A DNA stretch of 60,903 nt from the IMG/VR virus record IMGVR_UViG_3300035208_001903, one strand, 5' to 3'. Each line of letters opens with the position of its first letter. Position 1 is the stretch's first letter. This DNA is from an uncultured virus (IMG/VR IMGVR_UViG_3300035208_001903). Taxonomy: Duplodnaviria; Heunggongvirae; Uroviricota; Caudoviricetes. Position numbers and translations under genes: made by a program. Below are positions 55,420-60,903 of the stretch, one piece after another. The notes under the pieces are model-generated. The model was not told the origin of the DNA. It ran no database searches and saw only the letters and a program-made list of their open reading frames with translations.

Positions 55420-57753
55420 TTATCCTGTAGCGGTTTGATAAAATATAACAATATAACAAGGACAATTAGAAAAAGTTGTAGCTTTTGGAATTATATTTAT
55501 ATATGTTGTTTCTCCTCCAACAGCCTGATTAATAAAAGTAGAATATGAGTATATTAATGGATGATCTGATGTTTCATAACCTGGAGGAAAATACTTAACA
55601 CCATCTAAAATTGTGATATTATATCCAAAAATATTCATTGAACCTAATCCGGTTATAGTATCCACTAAAGTATTAGTATTAGCAACTAAAGTACCTAACA
55701 TTACGTTTTTTACATAATATTTTAGTGGTGTATCAGTTGATAACATTCTAAAACCGTTTGTTGTAACAAGATTTGTAGCTGTCAAATTTGTTGCTGTTAT
55801 TTCAGAAGCTCCTAGTTGAGTTACTCCAATAGTGTTTACTGTTAAAGCTGTTACTCTTGCATTTTCAACATATAAACCTTTATATTTAAGTGATAAAGAC
55901 CCAATATCATCAGTATTAGTAATCCACGGTTTAATATTACCAATAGTAGAAATAGTCTTACCCATTAATAATAATTGACTAGTAGATGTCAACCAAGAAC
56001 TCATATACTCAGATCTTGTTGCAAAATATGTGTTTAATGTATCATAATCTACTAATGAATTTAATCCTGCTACTAATAACAAATTATTTTGCTTAGATAT
56101 TATCATTGCATTATTAGGTGTATAAGTTACACTATCTGTAACATAACTATTTCTAATATTTTCTAATTCTAAAACACCATGTAGTTTAATACCGCCTTTA
56201 GCAGCTAAATGAATTTCAGCAGCGCTAGCAACATTAGAACTAAAATTCTGACTATTTAAAAGTTGTCTGGTTAAAGACATGTGATTAATCTTCGCTGAAG
56301 GAGTTCCAACTGCACTATATGTTCCACTTGCGTCTAAACCAGCAACTATAGCAATATCTCTATCATAATATTCATTTCCAGTATTACAATAAAATGTTGT
56401 GAAAATAAATAGATTTTGATACTTTCTAAATAAATCCCCACCAATATACGCACCGTTTATATCAGAACCAGTTGATCCGTCTGATGTTGCAGTAATTTCT
56501 ACTGCTAAATCACTTAAATATATTGATGGAATACCATAATAATCTGATTCTGAATAACCGTTAAGTTTGCCTATTTTAACCTGGCCATTATTTACATCAA
56601 TAGCATGTAATCTATTATCATTTAATGCTACTCTCTCATATGGATAAGTTGTAGTTCCTAAAGCTATAGTTCTAGCTACTTTAGGTCTTATTGCAATAGT
56701 TTCACCACAATAAGTAGACCAATCAGAAACTTGAATAACTAAGTCTCCACCATTTGTACCAGAAACAAAATAACCGCCACTTACAACATCCATTGATACA
56801 AATCTAGAAGCGTCATAATCTAATCTTAATGTAGGTATATCATTATCAACTGTTCCACTAACATCTCTTGATTTCTTAAAATGTGCAGTGGCACTAATTT
56901 CTCTAACATCACCCGTAAAATTACCTACACCTATACGACCGGAATAATACAATCCACCCGGGCTATGACTCCAATAATCCGCCGAACTTGAAAAGAACAC
57001 ATCATTCCATGTAGCAGAAGTTCCGCTTAAATCTATCTGAATATCAAATATAAAGTTATCAAAACCATCAGTTGCTAATTCTGTTTTAACAACTGGAGTA
57101 TCTAAATAAGCCTCACCAAAGAAGCAACTACCCAAAACCACACCATCAGTATCAACCTGTACTGCATACATAGCTATTTTATTAAACTTAAATTTACCCA
57201 TTCTCTTATTAATTTCTGCTTTAAATACACCACGTAATCTTTCTTCAGCAGCAGAATCATATACTGGATAATAATCAGTAACAACAAAATAATCATCATC
57301 TGCGCTAGTAGGTCTATCATTATTTCCCGTTACAACTCCTCCACCAGTCACATCCCAATCATAATATCCTGCCATTGAACCAGCAGATACAGCAAAAGCC
57401 ATTCCGCTAATTTGTGTAGATAATGGTACAATACCATATAAATTCGTATTGACTTGAACTTTTTGATATGAATCTACTAATCTATCACTAGTAAAAGCTA
57501 CAGCAGAAATAACATAATCATCCGTATCAGATAACGAATAACCTGATATATTCCATATTTTTTCACCATAAGGTGCAGTTGCAGTTTCATCCGCAATTTG
57601 AGCTATAGAAGAAAGCGCACCTGTAGTTCTAAGTGTTGGGTCTATTCTATCATCATATACTGGTATAAAGTATCTAACATCTACATAAACACCATCATCA
57701 TGTGCTGATAGTACATATTGCAAACCAGCTCTTGTAAGCATAACATTAGCCAT
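55420..57753 (-). CDS. Virion structural protein (tail fibre/baseplate-associated)
   Basis: LT.AGL N-terminus, F.FNKIA.YA, beta-rich S/T/G composition, DIGS...Y..LY and ATNLT repeats; late promoter upstream. Confidence 0.6.
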   Translation of the reverse strand: MANVMLTRAGLQYVLSAHDDGVYVDVRYFIPVYDDRIDPTLRTTGALSSIAQIADETATAPYGEKIWNISGYSLSDTDDYVISAVAFTSDRLVDSYQKVQVNTNLYGIVPLSTQISGMAFAVSAGSMAGYYDWDVTGGGVVTGNNDRPTSADDDYFVVTDYYPVYDSAAEERLRGVFKAEINKRMGKFKFNKIAMYAVQVDTDGVVLGSCFFGEAYLDTPVVKTELATDGFDNFIFDIQIDLSGTSATWNDVFFSSSADYWSHSPGGLYYSGRIGVGNFTGDVREISATAHFKKSRDVSGTVDNDIPTLRLDYDASRFVSMDVVSGGYFVSGTNGGDLVIQVSDWSTYCGETIAIRPKVARTIALGTTTYPYERVALNDNRLHAIDVNNGQVKIGKLNGYSESDYYGIPSIYLSDLAVEITATSDGSTGSDINGAYIGGDLFRKYQNLFIFTTFYCNTGNEYYDRDIAIVAGLDASGTYSAVGTPSAKINHMSLTRQLLNSQNFSSNVASAAEIHLAAKGGIKLHGVLELENIRNSYVTDSVTYTPNNAMIISKQNNLLLVAGLNSLVDYDTLNTYFATRSEYMSSWLTSTSQLLLMGKTISTIGNIKPWITNTDDIGSLSLKYKGLYVENARVTALTVNTIGVTQLGASEITATNLTATNLVTTNGFRMLSTDTPLKYYVKNVMLGTLVANTNTLVDTITGLGSMNIFGYNITILDGVKYFPPGYETSDHPLIYSYSTFINQAVGGETTYINIIPKATTFSNCPCYIVIFYQTATG

Positions 57754-57784
57754 TATAAAACTCCTTAAATTCTTATTATATTAA

Positions 57785-57792
57785 TATTTATA
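57785..57792 (-). promoter_or_regulatory. T4-type late promoter
   Basis: Exact TATAAATA, intergenic, about 31 nt upstream of the start at 57753. Confidence 0.72.
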
Positions 57793-60336
57793 TTAATACC
57801 ACGTTCCATCCCACCAGCTATTACTATAACCATCAGATCTAATATCAGTATATCTAGTCATTCTAATCCAAGCAGCTGTAGTTAATTCAAATGTTCTTTT
57901 AGCATATCCTACTAATCTTTTAAAAACAGTATTAATTGGTCTAATGGATTCAATAGCTCTAATAACTTTATCTCTACGTGATAAATCAAATGATATATCA
58001 GTACTTGTATCTAAATCTACTAAAAGAGCAAAATGCGGTGTAGGATACCAGTTATCAGGAATATTTCTTAAATCTGTTTCAGAGTCAAGTTTCCATTGAC
58101 CTTCGGGATATGATTTATAGTTTGAAGTATAGTATTCCAAAATATCTCCAACTAATCCAAAAGAATAAAGCATAACTTTTATAGCATTTCTTGTTGTTTT
58201 AATTTTATACCACGTTGGCAAATTTTGTACTACAAATCGTATATATCTATTAGTTTCATTATCAGTACATGCTGAATTTGCTGATGTAGATGAAGCATAC
58301 GTTCCGCTAATGCCTAATTCATCACGATATACATTTACGTTATATCCTAAGTTTTTAGCAAAGTATTGTATATATTCCAAATCTATTAAATCAGGATCAT
58401 GCAATTCTGTTAATCTATATACTTTTTCTAATATTGATATTTTAGGAGAAGCTGACATACTATTTACAGGCCAATCAACTATTATTTGTTCTGCATCTGT
58501 AGCTTCAGTATCAACAGTAGTACCACTTATATCGTATGTAAAGTCTCTAGTTGGACCTCCTGAAGTTGCACTATTTGAATTCCACGTTTCTGTTATGGGT
58601 AATTCTGAAGTAGCACTATTTATCCATCCATCTTGACCATCATACATTTCGTTTAAAAAGTCTTCAAAGACTTCTATAAATTCTTCTACTTCACCATCTT
58701 TTAAATAATCAGGTAAATAAGTTTTTAAATCAATAAATCTACTATTACCATATCGCGCTAAACTTGAACCAGGACCGCATAAAGTTATATAATCTTCCTT
58801 AGATACACAATTAGCCCCTTCTAATATACCAACAACATCACTACCAACACCAACATTACCACTAACATCATATGCCGATACTGATACTGTATAATTACCA
58901 ACAGCACTATAACTATGAATTAATATTGCATCTAAATCAGTAGTACTAGATAAACTCCCATCACCGAAATCCCAATTAGCACTAACAACAGTATCAGTTA
59001 TATAATATCCACCTTTAACATCATAAAAACTAAGACCTGATAAAACATATGAATATCCTGTAAAAGCTATTTCTGGTATAGGATTAACTTTAATATTACC
59101 AATAGCGCTTGTATTATTATAGTATGTTTCGCCTGTTGCACTGGTTATTTTATAATTATGAATCGAAACATAGTTACCTCTATTAGCATATGATCTTGTT
59201 ACTTCTATAGCTGATGTTGATGTAAAATATTGACCATCTCCATATAACACAGTATATGCTGATGTCCAAGTTGGATCAAATGTACCAGTTGGCTCTAAAT
59301 TAGCAGAAAATATAAAATCATTATTAACAAAACTTAGTTTTGGATAAACTGTATATAATACATTAACGTTAAAAGGTGGCATATGAAAATAAAAAGCTCC
59401 TACGGATTGTCTAGATGAACTAAAAAATCCGTCGTTATAGTCTAATGTTGTCCAACGATTTATAATATCTGTATCAGTAATAGCTGATAAACCATAATTC
59501 GTATAATCATAATCTGTATAATTTGTATCTGTTATATTCTGAAATCCTGATATTGATTGACTTAATTCAAATGAAGTTACGCAATCATCGTCTAAATTAA
59601 GTGATGAAAGCTGATAATCCGTTGCAACAGTCGCCGATAAATCATTAACAAAATAACAACCACTAAAACTAACAGCAGATACATCAACACTATAATAATA
59701 TAAACCATATTGACTTAACTCATCAAAAAAACAATCAACAAAATCAAGAGGTGCCGTTTGATATATATACATGGTTTTATTATATCTAATTTTAAAAGTA
59801 CATCCTAGAATTTTAACTGGATTTATAGCTAATTCGTCTAGATAAATTTTCCCAGCATGACTAACATAAATATAAGAATTTTTTAAAACGTGTTGAAATC
59901 CACTCATCTCAGGTGCTGTATTATTTACAGTCCAAAATGTAAAATCATAAACGTGGACAACTAAACCATCGACAACTAATTGTGAAGTTCCATCATCATA
60001 TTCGTTATAAATTTCAAAATTCCAATAAGGCAGTGTGGCATATTCTCCTGTTCCATTAACAGCACTTATAATCCAAGGACCATACGTTGACATATCCCAA
60101 GGTAGAAATGATGCTGAAATTGGATTAGCAGAAGTTGAACCATAATTAGTCAAATCTTCGTCTTGTGTTATTTGTCGCAAACCTTTCATATAATAAATTA
60201 TATGTAGATCAAAACCACTCACATCATAATAATGGTCTTGACATTGAACGTAATTAAATGGTGATGCAGAGGTACCTGTTCCAGGCGTTGCATCTAAATC
60301 ATTTGATATGTCTACATAAATTGCAGAAGTTGACAT
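57793..60336 (-). CDS. Baseplate wedge-like protein with PKD/Ig-like domains
   Basis: PKD motif WDFGDG...HSY..VGNYTV; C-terminal LPDY, DPD.ID..Y..Y.A..LGY, YKIKTT, RPINT; likely start ATG 60336. Confidence 0.65.
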   Translation of the reverse strand: MSTSAIYVDISNDLDATPGTGTSASPFNYVQCQDHYYDVSGFDLHIIYYMKGLRQITQDEDLTNYGSTSANPISASFLPWDMSTYGPWIISAVNGTGEYATLPYWNFEIYNEYDDGTSQLVVDGLVVHVYDFTFWTVNNTAPEMSGFQHVLKNSYIYVSHAGKIYLDELAINPVKILGCTFKIRYNKTMYIYQTAPLDFVDCFFDELSQYGLYYYSVDVSAVSFSGCYFVNDLSATVATDYQLSSLNLDDDCVTSFELSQSISGFQNITDTNYTDYDYTNYGLSAITDTDIINRWTTLDYNDGFFSSSRQSVGAFYFHMPPFNVNVLYTVYPKLSFVNNDFIFSANLEPTGTFDPTWTSAYTVLYGDGQYFTSTSAIEVTRSYANRGNYVSIHNYKITSATGETYYNNTSAIGNIKVNPIPEIAFTGYSYVLSGLSFYDVKGGYYITDTVVSANWDFGDGSLSSTTDLDAILIHSYSAVGNYTVSVSAYDVSGNVGVGSDVVGILEGANCVSKEDYITLCGPGSSLARYGNSRFIDLKTYLPDYLKDGEVEEFIEVFEDFLNEMYDGQDGWINSATSELPITETWNSNSATSGGPTRDFTYDISGTTVDTEATDAEQIIVDWPVNSMSASPKISILEKVYRLTELHDPDLIDLEYIQYFAKNLGYNVNVYRDELGISGTYASSTSANSACTDNETNRYIRFVVQNLPTWYKIKTTRNAIKVMLYSFGLVGDILEYYTSNYKSYPEGQWKLDSETDLRNIPDNWYPTPHFALLVDLDTSTDISFDLSRRDKVIRAIESIRPINTVFKRLVGYAKRTFELTTAAWIRMTRYTDIRSDGYSNSWWDGTWY

Positions 60337-60346
60337 TACATTTTCC

Positions 60347-60903
60347 TTATAATAATTCAAGTGTTACACAAGCTTTAACACTAAATTTTTGACCCGCATG
60401 GCCTTTATATATATGAGTCGTTGGATTTGCTGTAGTAATAACCCAATCTTCTAAACAAGTATTATTATCGTAGTCGTAGTTGAAGCACCATCTATACTCT
60501 TTTACCTTATATTTATTCTTTAACTCCGCAGAAAAATTAATATATGCAGTAAATTCAACTATTAATGGAACAGGACCAGAAACCGGAACCCCTACAAAAT
60601 CAATTTCTAAATCTTGTGTAGCATATATTGTTGGTTGTAATAAAGTATATCTTACTGTTAATTGTGTCGGAACTACTGTTGCTGAAATTGCATTAACTGT
60701 TGAAATTGTTGGTTGTAATAAAACCGCTGATATTTCTAAAGTTCCTACATTTATCGTTTCACTAACAGGCCCGAAATAAAATGCACCAATATGACCTAAA
60801 TAACTAATATGAGCAAATGAAAATGATCCGGCTGCTTTACGTGAAGAATCCATATAACCTTCATTATAATCATCCACTATCCATGTATCTTCACGCGTTT
60901 CTT
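60347..60903 (-). CDS. Structural protein with PKD-like C-terminus; 5' end outside the window
   Basis: Frame is open to the window edge; F.G.P.SG.VPL.V.FT...W.F...NPTTHIY. Confidence 0.6.
   Translation of the reverse strand, partial: ETREDTWIVDDYNEGYMDSSRKAAGSFSFAHISYLGHIGAFYFGPVSETINVGTLEISAVLLQPTISTVNAISATVVPTQLTVRYTLLQPTIYATQDLEIDFVGVPVSGPVPLIVEFTAYINFSAELKNKYKVKEYRWCFNYDYDNNTCLEDWVITTANPTTHIYKGHAGQKFSVKACVTLELL

Noticed and set aside
57779..57798. Inverted repeat TATTAATA-TTTA-TATTAATA over the late promoter
   Set aside because: Pure A/T and easily due to chance at this composition
104..60779. All plus-strand ORFs in the track (e.g. 104..310, 20587..21054, 53047..53331, 58310..58636)
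   Set aside because: They are antisense shadows of well-supported minus-strand genes, with no recognisable motifs and biased composition
1..60903. Stop-codon reassignment as seen in some jumbo phages
   Set aside because: Standard-code ORFs tile the strand densely, and TAA, TAG and TGA all end genes at sensible boundaries
1..60903. tRNA or rRNA genes
   Set aside because: Intergenic gaps are short and I saw no cloverleaf or T-loop consensus; a tRNAscan run would be needed to be certain

Overview
A very AT-rich, densely coding segment of a T4-like (jumbo) myophage genome. All credible genes are on the minus strand and read in the standard code. Phage identity rests on RegA, a gp3-like tail completion protein, baseplate/tail proteins and six intergenic T4-type late promoters (TATAAATA). 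From left to right: (1) an NAD salvage block (ADP-ribose Nudix, NadD, NadE, PncA). (2) An NAD-dependent DNA ligase split into two genes, with a radical SAM/SPASM enzyme and six small proteins sharing the N-terminus MK(I/V)RxGFVSNSS(S/T)SS(F/Y) lying between the halves. (3) An array of about 34 genes in two blocks whose products mostly start with a T4 capsid-targeting-like leader (F/Y-x-x-F/Y ... hydrophobic-x-E). These include four tandem SAM-lyase-like proteins, a CCA-adding enzyme, a GNAT, a HAD phosphatase, an AAA ATPase and an ART-like protein. (4) A ~17 kb nonulosonic acid/glycosylation island that interrupts this array. (5) Structural genes. I found no tRNA, rRNA or CRISPR array. All family calls come from motif recognition by eye; no database searches were run.
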